Source: Bacteroidota bacterium (GTDB taxonomy: Bacteria > Bacteroidota > Bacteroidia > Flavobacteriales > Flavobacteriaceae). From it: a stretch of 64,000 bases of DNA. Shown one piece after another: positions 1 through 10,112 of the stretch; position 1 is the first letter of the stretch, and each line of letters starts with the position of its first letter. Under the pieces are notes generated by a model. The model was not told where the DNA came from. It did not search any database and was given only the letters and a program-made list of their open reading frames with translations. The stretch spans positions 7,051 through 71,050 of the forward strand of contig JBEENX010000004.1 of NCBI GenBank assembly GCA_041191945.1, in the 5' to 3' direction. The translations under genes were made by a program, and so were the position numbers.

Positions 1-1
1 T

Positions 2-403
2 GTCGCTATCAAAGAAGCTTCGGGAGATTTGGTACAAGGATTTCAGTTGTTGAAAACAAAACCAAAAGATTTTTTAGTTATTTCGGGAGACGATATGACG
101 GCTTTGTCTTTAATTTTAGCAGGTGGTTCTGGAGTTATTTCGGTTATTGGGCAAGGTTTTCCTGCTGCTTTTTCAGAAATGATTCGTTTGGGATTAAATC
201 GTAAAGTAGATCAGGCGTTCCAAATTCAATATGAGTTGTCTGATTGTATTGATATGATTTTTGAACAAGGAAATCCGGCAGGAATCAAACAAGTGTTTCA
301 TTCGTTAGGAATAGCAGGAAATACGGTGCGTTTACCATTGGTAACAGTAGATGATTCTTTAGCAAACAGAATTGATTTATTTGTTCAAAAAAGCAAAAAA
401 TAA
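2..403 (+). CDS. dapA: 4-hydroxy-tetrahydrodipicolinate synthase, 3' part (truncated by window start)
   Basis: Frame open from base 2: VAIKEASGD (Schiff-base Lys motif), SGDD, GVISV, NPAGIK, VRLPL. Confidence 0.93.
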   Translation, partial: VAIKEASGDLVQGFQLLKTKPKDFLVISGDDMTALSLILAGGSGVISVIGQGFPAAFSEMIRLGLNRKVDQAFQIQYELSDCIDMIFEQGNPAGIKQVFHSLGIAGNTVRLPLVTVDDSLANRIDLFVQKSKK

Positions 404-440
404 GTTTAATTTTTTCACATTTTTTTACCAAAAAAATATT

Positions 441-470
441 TTGTAGTCGGCAAATTAATAGCTAAATTTG
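441..470 (+). promoter_or_regulatory. Bacteroidota sigma70 promoter for bamD operon
   Basis: TTG 441-443, 19-nt spacer, TAAATTTG 463-470 (TAnnTTTG consensus). Confidence 0.7.
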
Positions 471-537
471 CCACCTTAACTTCGGTATGTTTTGCATTGA
501 GTCAAAAATTCGAGACAAACATGAATAAAGTAAAAAA

Positions 538-1335
538 ATGAAAAAAATAGTATCACTGTTATTTATTGTTGTTTTTTTGGTTTCTTGTAATGAGTATCAA
601 AAAGCTTTAAAGTCCGAAGATGTGGCTGTAAAATACACTATGGCTACAAAAATGTATGAAGAAAAAAAATACAACAAAGCCATCCGTTTGTTTGAACAAA
701 TAGCCTCTTCTTATAGAGGGAAGCCTCAGGCAGAAAAATTGTTTTATATGTTTTCACAATCATATTACAACACAAAGCAATACTATTTAGCGGGATACCA
801 ATTTGAAAATTTTGCCTCAAGTTATCCCAAAAGTGAAAAAATACAAGAAGCTTCTTTTTTAGGCGCTAAGAGCTATTCGATGTTGTCTCCAGTATATAGT
901 TTGGATCAAACAGATACAAACAAAGCAATTGAAAAATTACAAGCTTTTATTGATACCTATCCAAATTCAGAATATTTAGCTGAGGCTAATGGCATAATGA
1001 AATTGCTGAATGAAAAATTAGAGCAAAAAGTTTTTGAAAATGCAAAAGGATACAATACAATTTCTGATTACAAAGCGGCTATAGTAGCTCTTGATAATTT
1101 TATAGCTGATTATCCTGGAACACCTTTTAAAGAAGAAGCATTATATTATAAATTAGATTCTGCTTACCAATTAGGAATTAACAGTATTCCTTCTAAGATG
1201 GAAGAGCGATTGAATGTAGCAAAGGTAGCTTATGCTAATTTGATTAAGTTTAAAAGCGATACTAAATACAGACAAAAAGCAGACGAAATGTTAGTACGCA
1301 TTGAAAAAGATTTACAAAATTTATTAAATAAATAA
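538..1335 (+). CDS. bamD: Outer membrane protein assembly factor BamD (TPR lipoprotein)
   Basis: Lipobox LVSC, TPR-like repeats (F..YP.S), LDQTDT..AI motif, position before rpoZ-coaBC. Confidence 0.92.
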   Translation: MKKIVSLLFIVVFLVSCNEYQKALKSEDVAVKYTMATKMYEEKKYNKAIRLFEQIASSYRGKPQAEKLFYMFSQSYYNTKQYYLAGYQFENFASSYPKSEKIQEASFLGAKSYSMLSPVYSLDQTDTNKAIEKLQAFIDTYPNSEYLAEANGIMKLLNEKLEQKVFENAKGYNTISDYKAAIVALDNFIADYPGTPFKEEALYYKLDSAYQLGINSIPSKMEERLNVAKVAYANLIKFKSDTKYRQKADEMLVRIEKDLQNLLNK

Positions 1336-1339
1336 AGTC

Positions 1340-1657
1340 ATGGATTTAAAAAAGACGAATGCTCCAGTAAATACAATTACTTACAATAAGTCACTTATTG
1401 AAGAGCCAACAGGTAATGTGTATGAGGCAATAACTATTATGGCTAAAAGAGCAAATCAAATTAATTCTGAAATCAAAAAAGAATTGACTGAAAAATTAGA
1501 AGAGTTTGCAACTTATAACGATAGTTTAGAAGAAGTTTTTGAAAACAAAGAACAAATTGAGGTGTCAAAATTCTACGAAAAATTGCCTAAGCCTCACGCT
1601 TTAGCAGTTCAAGAATGGTTAGACGGGAAAATCTACCACAGAGACTCAAACAAATAA
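1340..1657 (+). CDS. rpoZ: DNA-directed RNA polymerase subunit omega (Bacteroidota type)
   Basis: TGNVYEAI.I.AKRANQI and EQIEVSKFYEKLPKP motifs; context. Confidence 0.9.
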   Translation: MDLKKTNAPVNTITYNKSLIEEPTGNVYEAITIMAKRANQINSEIKKELTEKLEEFATYNDSLEEVFENKEQIEVSKFYEKLPKPHALAVQEWLDGKIYHRDSNK

Positions 1658-1666
1658 AACATTACC

Positions 1667-2908
1667 ATGTCAGTTTTAAACGGTAAGAGAATTTTACTAG
1701 GAGTTTCTGGTGGAATTGCTGCCTATAAAACAGCTTCATTGGTAAGACTATTTATAAAAGCAGGTGCACATGTCCAAGTGATCATGACACCTGCTTCTAA
1801 GGATTTTGTCACCCCACTTACTCTTGCGACATTATCTAAAAATCCTGTTTATTCTACTTTTTACGACACAAAGGATTCCGTTGTTCCTGAAACGCATCAT
1901 GCGATAGAAGAAGGGGTTTGGAACAATCACGTGGAATTAGCACTTTGGGCTGATTTGATGGTAATTGCTCCGACTACAGCCAATACGTTATCCAAAATGG
2001 CTTCGGGGACTTGTGATAATTTACTTTTAGCTACCTATTTGTCGGCAAAATGTCCTGTTTATTTTGCGCCAGCTATGGATTTAGATATGTATAAACATCC
2101 TAGTACGATAGCTAATTTTAAGGCGTTAAACGAATTTGGAAACACCATAATTCCAGCAGAAAGTGGCGAGTTAGCCAGCGGTTTGTCTGGAGAGGGGCGT
2201 ATGGCCGAACCTGAAAATATCCTTGCTTTTATCGAATCTGATTTAGAAAGTAAATTGCCTCTTAAAGGAAAAAAGATATTGATTACTGCAGGTCCAACGT
2301 ATGAAGCGATTGATCCGGTACGGTTTATAGGCAATCATTCTTCTGGAAAAATGGGGTATGATATTGCTTTAAGTGCTGCAAAATCGGGTGCTTCAGTAGT
2401 ATTAGTTTCCGGCCCCTCAAATTGTAAAATACATCATTCAGCAATTGAATTAGTTGCTGTAGTTTCGGCACAAGAAATGTATGACGCTTGTCTAGAGCAG
2501 TATTCTAATGTGGATGTTGCCATTGCAGCAGCAGCAGTAGCTGATTATAAACCCAAAACAATTGCTTCGCAAAAGATTAAAAAATCAGATGCTGAATTTT
2601 CAATTGAGTTAGAAAAAACTAAAGATGTATTGGCTTCATTAGGAGCAGCTAAGACAACACAGTTTTTAATTGGTTTTGCTTTGGAAACTGAAAATGAAAT
2701 TGAGAATGCGAAGTTGAAAATTCAGAAAAAAAACCTAGATTTGATTGTTTTAAATTCGCTTCAAGATGAAGGGGCTGGTTTTCGTAAAGAAACCAATAAA
2801 GTCACTTTTATAGATAAAAATTTCAATATTGAACCAATGGAATTAAAATCTAAAGAAGCAGTAGCAGCTGATATTATAAATAAGATAATAGACCATTTCA
2901 ATGCGTAA
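1667..2908 (+). CDS. coaBC: Bifunctional phosphopantothenoylcysteine decarboxylase/synthase
   Basis: GGIAAYK, PAMDLDM, ITAGPT.E.IDPVRFIGNHSSGKMG, AAVADY, GFALET. Confidence 0.97.
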   Translation: MSVLNGKRILLGVSGGIAAYKTASLVRLFIKAGAHVQVIMTPASKDFVTPLTLATLSKNPVYSTFYDTKDSVVPETHHAIEEGVWNNHVELALWADLMVIAPTTANTLSKMASGTCDNLLLATYLSAKCPVYFAPAMDLDMYKHPSTIANFKALNEFGNTIIPAESGELASGLSGEGRMAEPENILAFIESDLESKLPLKGKKILITAGPTYEAIDPVRFIGNHSSGKMGYDIALSAAKSGASVVLVSGPSNCKIHHSAIELVAVVSAQEMYDACLEQYSNVDVAIAAAAVADYKPKTIASQKIKKSDAEFSIELEKTKDVLASLGAAKTTQFLIGFALETENEIENAKLKIQKKNLDLIVLNSLQDEGAGFRKETNKVTFIDKNFNIEPMELKSKEAVAADIINKIIDHFNA

Positions 2909-3785
2909 TCTAATTGTAGTATTCTTTTTTTTGATTGGCATAACTGCATATTCACAGCAGTTGAATTGTACGGTTACAGTCAATTCACAACAAATCACCA
3001 ATGTTAATCAACAGATTTTTAAAACATTACAATCTTCTTTAACTGATTTTGTCAACAAAACGGATTGGACAGGTCAAGTGATGAAACAGAACGAGAAAAT
3101 CAATTGTTCTATTTATATTAACCTAACTGCGGGATCATCAGATCAATTTTTAGGAACAATTCAGGTACAATCATCACGTCCAATTTTCAATTCTACCTAT
3201 TCTAGTCCCATATTTAATTTTAATGATAAAGATTTTAATTTCAGGTATACTGAATTTGAAAATTTGTTATATAACCCTAATGTCTTTGATTCTAATCTTG
3301 TTGCAGTTATCGCGTTTTATTGTAATCTAATCATTGGTTTGGATGCTGATTCTTTTGCAGAACAATCAGGAACACCTCAATTGGAGGTAGCTCAAAATAT
3401 TGCAAATTTAGCCCAACAAAGTGGTTATAAAGGCTGGACGCAATCAGATGGTAATCAAAACAGGTATTTTTTGATTAACGACTTGTTGTCGCCAACGTTT
3501 AGTGAAGTTCGAATAGCTTCGTTTAATTATAATACTGCTTTGGACGGCATGAGTAAAGATTTGAAAACTGCTAAAGAAAAAGTAAAATTGGCTTTGCTAG
3601 GACTGAATAAAGTACATTCGTTACGCCCCAATGCCTTTTTAACTCGGGTGTTTTTTGATGCTAAATCAGACGAAATTGTTTCTGTATTTTCAGGAGGCCC
3701 TAGTATATCTATTACAGATTTAATAGATAGTTTAAACCGAGTTTCGCCGATGAATTCCAGTAAATGGAGTACTATTAAATATTAA
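2901..3785 (+). CDS. porD: DUF4835 family protein (T9SS component PorD-like)
   Basis: Signal peptide, QLNCTVTVN start, QVQSSRP.FNS.Y motif; conserved position between coaBC and recN. Confidence 0.7.
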   Translation: MRNLIVVFFFLIGITAYSQQLNCTVTVNSQQITNVNQQIFKTLQSSLTDFVNKTDWTGQVMKQNEKINCSIYINLTAGSSDQFLGTIQVQSSRPIFNSTYSSPIFNFNDKDFNFRYTEFENLLYNPNVFDSNLVAVIAFYCNLIIGLDADSFAEQSGTPQLEVAQNIANLAQQSGYKGWTQSDGNQNRYFLINDLLSPTFSEVRIASFNYNTALDGMSKDLKTAKEKVKLALLGLNKVHSLRPNAFLTRVFFDAKSDEIVSVFSGGPSISITDLIDSLNRVSPMNSSKWSTIKY

Positions 3786-3805
3786 ATTCAAGCCAAATAG
3801 CTGTA

Positions 3806-5458
3806 ATGATAACATCACTATCGATAAAAAACTATGCTTTGATTGAAAAACTAGCTATTGATTTTTCAAAAGGGTTCTCTATAATTACTGGAGAAACAGG
3901 AGCGGGTAAGTCGATAATTTTGGGAGCTATGGGCTTGGTTTTAGGTAAGCGCGCCGATTTAACGTCCCTAAAAAACAAAGAAGAAAAGTGCGTTATTGAA
4001 GCTTATTTTGATATTTCAAAATACAATTTGCAAGCCTTTTTTGAAGCCAATGATTTGGATTATGAAGACGAAACGATAATTCGTCGAGAAATTCTACCTT
4101 CTGGAAAATCAAGAGCTTTTATTAATGATAGTCCGGTAAATTTACAAGAATTACAGGATTTGAGTTTGTTTTTGATAGATATTCATTCGCAACAGCAAAC
4201 ACAAGAATTATCAGATGAAACGGTACAATTCAAAATTATTGATGCTATTGCCGCTAATCAACAAGAAATCACTCAGTATCAATCCCTTTTAAAAAGCTAT
4301 AAAGAAGACAAATCCAATTTGAACTCGCTCTTAAAAAAGCAAGCCGAATCCATTAAGGAACAAGAATACAATACTTTTTTATTAAATGAATTGGTTGCTG
4401 CCCAACTGAAATCAGGAGAACAGGAGCAGTTGGAAGCTGATTTTGAAAAACTGAATAATGTAGAAACCATTAAAGAGGCGGTAGATAAATCTTTGGCTTT
4501 AGCCAATGAAGAGCAAATCGGAGTGTTGTCTACCTTGAAGGAGATTAAAAATGCTTTGCAAAAAATTAGCTCTTTTGCTCCAGAATATGCGTCTTTGTTA
4601 GAGCGCATTACAAGTTTAGTAATTGAGTTGGACGATATTTCAGATGAATTAACTAATTGTTCCGAAAAATTAATCAATGATCCAGAACAATTGGATTTGA
4701 TTAGTCAAAAATTGCAGTTGATTTTCAATTTGCAAAAGAAACACCAAGTGACTACTGTTGACGAATTATTGGCTATCCAGACTACATTAGAAAACACTTT
4801 ATTTGAATTAGGTAATTTAGAAAGTGATATTGCTACATTGACTCAATCGATTCAAGATAAAACGAGTCAATTAGATGCGTTGGCACAAGCCATTCATCAA
4901 AAAAGAACAAATGCCATTCCTGTTTTATCCGATAAATTAATTGCTATTTTAGCCACATTAGGAATGCCTAACGTTCGTTTTAATATTGAAATCAAAGCTA
5001 CTGATAACTATTACCAAAATGGGAAAGATGAAATTCAGTTTTTGTTTTCTGCGAATAAAGGAACTGATTTTGGTTTGTTGAAAAAAGTCGCTTCGGGAGG
5101 GGAGATGTCCCGAATTATGTTAGCGGTAAAATCAATTTTAGCACATTATTCTAAATTGCCAACGTTGATTTTTGACGAAATTGATACAGGAGTTTCGGGA
5201 GAGATTGCTATGAAAATGGGAGAGATCATGAAAGAAATGAGTCAAAATATGCAACTGTTTGCGATTACCCATTTGCCACAAATTGCGGCTAAAGGAGATG
5301 TTCATTTTAAAGTATATAAAGCTACTGTTGGAGACGATACACAATCGGATTTACAGTTACTAAATGAGGAAGAAAGAGTGCTAGAAATTGCCCAGATGTT
5401 ATCTGGAGCAGTAGTGTCTGATTCGGCTCTAAATCACGCCAAATCCTTGTTGAACTAA
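3806..5458 (+). CDS. recN: DNA repair protein RecN
   Basis: Walker A TGETGAGKS, coiled coil, ASGGE.SR.ML, FDEIDTGVSG, ITHLPQIAA. Confidence 0.97.
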   Translation: MITSLSIKNYALIEKLAIDFSKGFSIITGETGAGKSIILGAMGLVLGKRADLTSLKNKEEKCVIEAYFDISKYNLQAFFEANDLDYEDETIIRREILPSGKSRAFINDSPVNLQELQDLSLFLIDIHSQQQTQELSDETVQFKIIDAIAANQQEITQYQSLLKSYKEDKSNLNSLLKKQAESIKEQEYNTFLLNELVAAQLKSGEQEQLEADFEKLNNVETIKEAVDKSLALANEEQIGVLSTLKEIKNALQKISSFAPEYASLLERITSLVIELDDISDELTNCSEKLINDPEQLDLISQKLQLIFNLQKKHQVTTVDELLAIQTTLENTLFELGNLESDIATLTQSIQDKTSQLDALAQAIHQKRTNAIPVLSDKLIAILATLGMPNVRFNIEIKATDNYYQNGKDEIQFLFSANKGTDFGLLKKVASGGEMSRIMLAVKSILAHYSKLPTLIFDEIDTGVSGEIAMKMGEIMKEMSQNMQLFAITHLPQIAAKGDVHFKVYKATVGDDTQSDLQLLNEEERVLEIAQMLSGAVVSDSALNHAKSLLN

Positions 5459-5476
5459 AGATTTGGTTTATATTTG
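5447..5476 (+). promoter_or_regulatory. Bacteroidota sigma70 promoter for fabV
   Basis: TTG 5447-5449, 19-nt spacer, TATATTTG 5469-5476. Confidence 0.65.
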
Positions 5477-5522
5477 CACATAACTAAACAACAACAAATA
5501 GTAAATAATTAGAATTAAAGAT

Positions 5523-6713
5523 ATGATTATAGAACCTAGAATGAGAGGATTTATTTGCTTGACAGCTCACCCAGCTGGATGCGAGCAAAATGTAAAAAAT
5601 CAAATTGCTTTTGTGCAATCTAAAGGCGCTATTGATGGCCCAAAACGTGTATTGGTTATTGGAGCTTCTACGGGATTCGGATTAGCATCAAGAATTACAA
5701 GTGCTTTTGGCTCTAACGCTTCTACCATTGGTGTGTTTTTCGAAAAAGCACCAGCTGAAGGTAAAACAGCTTCTCCGGGATGGTATAATTCTGCTGCTTT
5801 TGAAAAAGAAGCTACTAAAGCAGGTTTGTATGCCAAAAGTATCAATGGAGATGCTTTTTCTGACGAAGTGAAACAACAAGCCATTGATTTAATTAAAGCC
5901 GATTTAGGTCAGATTGATTTAGTAATTTATAGTTTAGCTTCACCAGTGCGTATGCACCCAAAAACAGGGGTTTTGCATCGTTCTACTTTGAAACCAATTG
6001 GCGGTACGTTTACCAATAAAACGGTTGATTTTCATACTGGAAATGTGACACAAGTTTCTATTGAACCTGCTAACCAAGAAGATATCGATAACACTGTAGT
6101 AGTTATGGGTGGCGAAGATTGGGCAATGTGGATGAATGCTTTAAAAGACGCTAATGTATTGGCAGAAGGAGCTACCACTGTGGCCTATTCGTATATTGGA
6201 CCAGAAGTAACCGAAGCGGTATATAGAAAAGGAACTATCGGTCGTGCCAAAGATCATTTGGAAGCAACTGCTTTTGAAATTTCTAAAGACTTAGCTCCGT
6301 TGAACGGTAAGGCGTATGTTTCTGTAAATAAAGCATTGGTAACTCAAGCCAGTTCGGCTATTCCGGTGATTCCATTGTATATTTCATTGTTATATAAAAT
6401 AATGAAAGCAGAAGGAATTCATGAAGGTTGTATCGAACAAATCCAACGTTTGTACCAACAACGTTTGTACACAGGACAAGCCGTTCCAACCGATGATAAA
6501 GGAAGAATTCGTATTGACGATTGGGAAATGCGCGATGATGTACAAGCTAAAGTAGCGGCATTGTGGAAAGAATCTACTACCGAATCATTGCCAGAAATTG
6601 GTGATTTAGCAGGATACAAACAAGATTTCTTAAACCTATTTGGTTTTGGATTTGAAGGAGTAGATTATTTGGCTGATGCTAATGAAATGGTACAAGTACC
6701 AAGTATTTCTTAA
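5523..6713 (+). CDS. fabV: Enoyl-ACP reductase FabV / trans-2-enoyl-CoA reductase
   Basis: RGFICLTAHP.GC, GASTG.GLASRI, YSLASP, YSYIGP...Y..GTIG.AK. Confidence 0.95.
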   Translation: MIIEPRMRGFICLTAHPAGCEQNVKNQIAFVQSKGAIDGPKRVLVIGASTGFGLASRITSAFGSNASTIGVFFEKAPAEGKTASPGWYNSAAFEKEATKAGLYAKSINGDAFSDEVKQQAIDLIKADLGQIDLVIYSLASPVRMHPKTGVLHRSTLKPIGGTFTNKTVDFHTGNVTQVSIEPANQEDIDNTVVVMGGEDWAMWMNALKDANVLAEGATTVAYSYIGPEVTEAVYRKGTIGRAKDHLEATAFEISKDLAPLNGKAYVSVNKALVTQASSAIPVIPLYISLLYKIMKAEGIHEGCIEQIQRLYQQRLYTGQAVPTDDKGRIRIDDWEMRDDVQAKVAALWKESTTESLPEIGDLAGYKQDFLNLFGFGFEGVDYLADANEMVQVPSIS

Positions 6714-6735
6714 TACTATCATTGAATTAAAGTAG

Positions 6736-6762
6736 AAAATGCACCCGAATGGGTGCATTTTT
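6736..6762 (+). terminator. Intrinsic terminator after fabV
   Basis: AAAATGCACCC-GAAT-GGGTGCATTTT plus T tract. Confidence 0.85.
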
Positions 6763-6863
6763 ATTTGCCTTTTTGGTTGAAAAGTATTCTTGCTACCAAT
6801 AGGGTATAAAGACTATATTTGTATATCAATCCAAACAAGGAATTACTATTTTTAACTTAGAAT

Positions 6864-7862
6864 ATGCATTTTTCTCTTATTATACCGGTGTATAACCGTC
6901 CTGACGAAGTAGATGAGTTATTAGAAAGCTTAGCTAAAACCACGTATCAAAATGATTTTGAAATTGTCATTGTAGAAGATGGCTCAACCATCCCTTGTGG
7001 AGAAGTGATTCAGAAATACATGGCGCAATTGAATATTGCTTATTTCTATAAAGAAAATTCAGGTCCTGGAGATTCTCGTAATTACGGGATGGCTAAGGCT
7101 AGTGGTGATTATTTTATCATTTTTGATTCGGATTGTATTATACCTGCTCAGTATTTGGACGAAGTGGACAAAGCATTAAAAGTAGATTATGTAGATTGTT
7201 TCGGTGGGCCAGATAAAGCATTGAATAGTTTTTCAGACATTCAAAAAGCGATCAACTTTGCGATGACCTCGTTTTTAACTACAGGAGGTATTCGAGGTGG
7301 ATCAGAGAAAATAGGGAAATTTCAACCGAGAAGTTTTAACATGGGGTTGTCTCGCAAAGCCTTTGAAGCGTCTAAAGGTTTTGGTAATATTCACCCAGGA
7401 GAAGATCCGGATTTATCTATTCGTTTGTGGAATTTGGGTTTTGAAACCCGATTATTTTCTAAAGCATTTGTATATCACAAAAGACGAATTGATTGGGATA
7501 AATTTTCGATTCAAGTGAGTAAGTTTGGTAAAGCCAGGCCTATCCTGAATAGTTGGTATCCAGAACATAATAAGTTGACTTTTTTATTTCCAACAGCTTT
7601 TATTTTGGGATTTTTTCTTTCAGTAGCCTTATTGCTGTTAACGTTTGATTATTTTTTACAATTGTATATGTTGTACTTCTTTATTTTGTTTGTAACTTCA
7701 AGTATTCAAAATAGAAATTTAAAAATAGGGTATTTGTCCTTGATTGCGGTTTGGAAACAATTTTATGGTTACGGTTTAGGATTTTTAGAATCGTATATCA
7801 AAGTGATTGTTTTAAAACGCCAACCAGAAGTAGCCTTTCCTTATTTGTTTTTTAAAAAATAA
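6864..7862 (+). CDS. Glycosyltransferase family 2
   Basis: IIPVYNRP, EDGS, DSD (DxD), GEDPDL, C-terminal TM helices. Confidence 0.9.
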   Translation: MHFSLIIPVYNRPDEVDELLESLAKTTYQNDFEIVIVEDGSTIPCGEVIQKYMAQLNIAYFYKENSGPGDSRNYGMAKASGDYFIIFDSDCIIPAQYLDEVDKALKVDYVDCFGGPDKALNSFSDIQKAINFAMTSFLTTGGIRGGSEKIGKFQPRSFNMGLSRKAFEASKGFGNIHPGEDPDLSIRLWNLGFETRLFSKAFVYHKRRIDWDKFSIQVSKFGKARPILNSWYPEHNKLTFLFPTAFILGFFLSVALLLLTFDYFLQLYMLYFFILFVTSSIQNRNLKIGYLSLIAVWKQFYGYGLGFLESYIKVIVLKRQPEVAFPYLFFKK

Positions 7863-7865
7863 CAA

Positions 7866-8462
7866 ATGACAAAAATTATCGGTTTAACAGGAGGAATTGG
7901 CAGTGGTAAAACAACTATTGCTGCTTATTTAAAATCGTTAGGAATCCCTGTGTTTATTGCCGATGATGAAGCTAAAAAACTAATGCAATCCGTAGCAGTT
8001 TTAGCTGAAATAAAAGCGGTTTTTGGTGAAGCTGTTTTTGAAAAAGGAGTATTGAATCGACAAGAATTAGCAGCAATTGTTTTTTCGAATTCAAATAAGC
8101 TGGCTCAACTCAACAGCATTATTCATCCCGCAGTTAAGCAACAATTTGAAATTTGGCTTGACCAATACCAGTCGGCTCCTTTTGTGGTTTATGAAGCTGC
8201 TATTTTATTTGAAAGTGGTAGTTATCAAAATTGTGATTATATAATAACTATTACGGCTCCTTTAGAAGATAGAATTGCACGTGTAATGCAACGTGATAAT
8301 AGTTCGAAAGAACAGGTTTTGAATCGAATTAATGTGCAATGGACCGATGATCAGCGGGTGGCTAAAAGTGACTTTGTAATTGATAATAGTGATCTTCAAA
8401 ATGCAAAATCAGCTATTGGTAAAATTCTTAAAATTTTAAAGATTCAGCAAAATGAAGACTAG
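7866..8462 (+). CDS. coaE: Dephospho-CoA kinase
   Basis: IGLTGGIGSGKTT, LNSIIHPAV, EAAILFE. Confidence 0.96.
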   Translation: MTKIIGLTGGIGSGKTTIAAYLKSLGIPVFIADDEAKKLMQSVAVLAEIKAVFGEAVFEKGVLNRQELAAIVFSNSNKLAQLNSIIHPAVKQQFEIWLDQYQSAPFVVYEAAILFESGSYQNCDYIITITAPLEDRIARVMQRDNSSKEQVLNRINVQWTDDQRVAKSDFVIDNSDLQNAKSAIGKILKILKIQQNED

Positions 8463-8463
8463 A

Positions 8464-8516
8464 TGTTAATATTTGGTTAATGTATTATTTATTATATTGT
8501 TAAAATACTAAATTTG
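8464..8516 (+). promoter_or_regulatory. Promoter of two-component operon with tandem GTTAA repeats
   Basis: TGTTAAT 8464 and GGTTAAT 8475 (11-bp phase), TGTTAAA 8498, TAAATTTG 8509-8516. Confidence 0.5.
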
Positions 8517-8521
8517 TTTTG

Positions 8522-10108
8522 ATGAGTAAGCTGTTTTTTAGATTGTTGGTTTTGCTAATGAGTTTGTCCCTAATTGGGATTATTCTTGTTCAGGTGTATT
8601 GGTTCAACACCTCTTTTCAAAATAACGATGAACAATTTAAATTTCATGTAAAACAAGTGCTTGGTAATGTTGCTGAAAAGTTGCAAAAACAAGAGGCGTA
8701 TAGTTTTTATGATAAGTACAATCACTTGAAAGATAGTACGGGTAAAATTCCTAAGAAAGATGATTTATTAGAATTTACGTATGTTCAGAAAAATTTAAAA
8801 ACGAATAAAACTATTGTTTATTCAAATAGTATTATTGCAGAAGATTTTAATATTAATTCCTCGCTCTTTGATAAAAAAACAGATAGTTCAAAGTTTTTCA
8901 AAAACTTTAGTTCTAAACGTGTTACTGAAATTTATAATAATAAACCACTAGATAATTCTTTGTTAGAGCAGAGTTTAATTCCAGATGAAAGGATTGAAAA
9001 ATCAGGAAATTTGGATGTGCTAGACAATGCGCAATTTGAAATTTTCTATAAAGATATTGCTACTGCAATGCCACTTGAAGAAAGAGTGTCAGCAGATAAT
9101 ATCCGAAAGTTAATTAAGAAAGAATTAGAAGAGTACGGAGTAAATACTAAGTTTGAGTTTGGAATTTATAGTAATGGTACTGCTACCAAAGTAAAATCAG
9201 CTGATTTTAGATACAATAGCAATAACAGTTACTCGATTCCAATTTTAACGGATAATGAAGGACATGAGCAATACAAATTATTGGTGTCTTTCCCGTATAA
9301 AAAACGCTATTTATTGTCTGAATTGGTGAGTATTACAATACTTTCAATCGTTTTTACGTTAATTATTATTATCGCATATACAAGTGCTTTGAGTCAGTTA
9401 ATTCGCCAACGTCAAATTTCCGAAATCAAAACAGATTTCATTAATAATATGACGCATGAATTCAAGACTCCTATTGCAACCATAAATTTAGCATTGGATG
9501 CTATTAGAAATCCAAAAATAATTGATGATAAAGAGAAAGTGTTGCGTTATCTTCAAATGATTAGAGATGAGAATAAGCGTATGCATGCTCAGGTAGAAAA
9601 CGTGCTGAGAATTTCTAAATTAGAGAAAAAAGAATTAGAAATTGATAAAGAATCCAATCATGTAGAAGATATTATTAATGATGCAATTGAACATGTTAAT
9701 TTGATTTTGGAAGATAGAGGAGGTTGTATTACAACTCATTTTGAGGCCACCAGAACAACGGTATTGATTAATGATAATCATTTTACTAATGTTATTGTGA
9801 ATATGTTAGAAAATGCAATTAAATACTCTCCAGACGCACCTGAAATTGATATTTATACAGAGAACATCAAAGATATGGTTTTGATTAAGATTCAAGATAA
9901 AGGTTTAGGAATGAGTAAAGTAGCTCAAAAAAGAATTTTTGAGAAGTTTTACAGAGAACATACAGGAGACATCCATAATGTGAAAGGTCACGGTTTAGGA
10001 TTAGCTTATGTAAAAAGAATAGTTGAAGACCATAATGGTCAAGTATATGTAGAAAGTGAAAAAGGGAAAGGAAGTACCTTCATAATAAAATTACCACTAA
10101 TAAATTAA
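8522..10108 (+). CDS. Sensor histidine kinase (RprX-like)
   Basis: Two TM helices, H-box FINNMTHEFKTP, N-box NAIKYS, G-boxes DKGLG and GHGLGL; ATG at 8522 preferred. Confidence 0.93.
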   Translation: MSKLFFRLLVLLMSLSLIGIILVQVYWFNTSFQNNDEQFKFHVKQVLGNVAEKLQKQEAYSFYDKYNHLKDSTGKIPKKDDLLEFTYVQKNLKTNKTIVYSNSIIAEDFNINSSLFDKKTDSSKFFKNFSSKRVTEIYNNKPLDNSLLEQSLIPDERIEKSGNLDVLDNAQFEIFYKDIATAMPLEERVSADNIRKLIKKELEEYGVNTKFEFGIYSNGTATKVKSADFRYNSNNSYSIPILTDNEGHEQYKLLVSFPYKKRYLLSELVSITILSIVFTLIIIIAYTSALSQLIRQRQISEIKTDFINNMTHEFKTPIATINLALDAIRNPKIIDDKEKVLRYLQMIRDENKRMHAQVENVLRISKLEKKELEIDKESNHVEDIINDAIEHVNLILEDRGGCITTHFEATRTTVLINDNHFTNVIVNMLENAIKYSPDAPEIDIYTENIKDMVLIKIQDKGLGMSKVAQKRIFEKFYREHTGDIHNVKGHGLGLAYVKRIVEDHNGQVYVESEKGKGSTFIIKLPLIN

Positions 10109-10112
10109 GATT

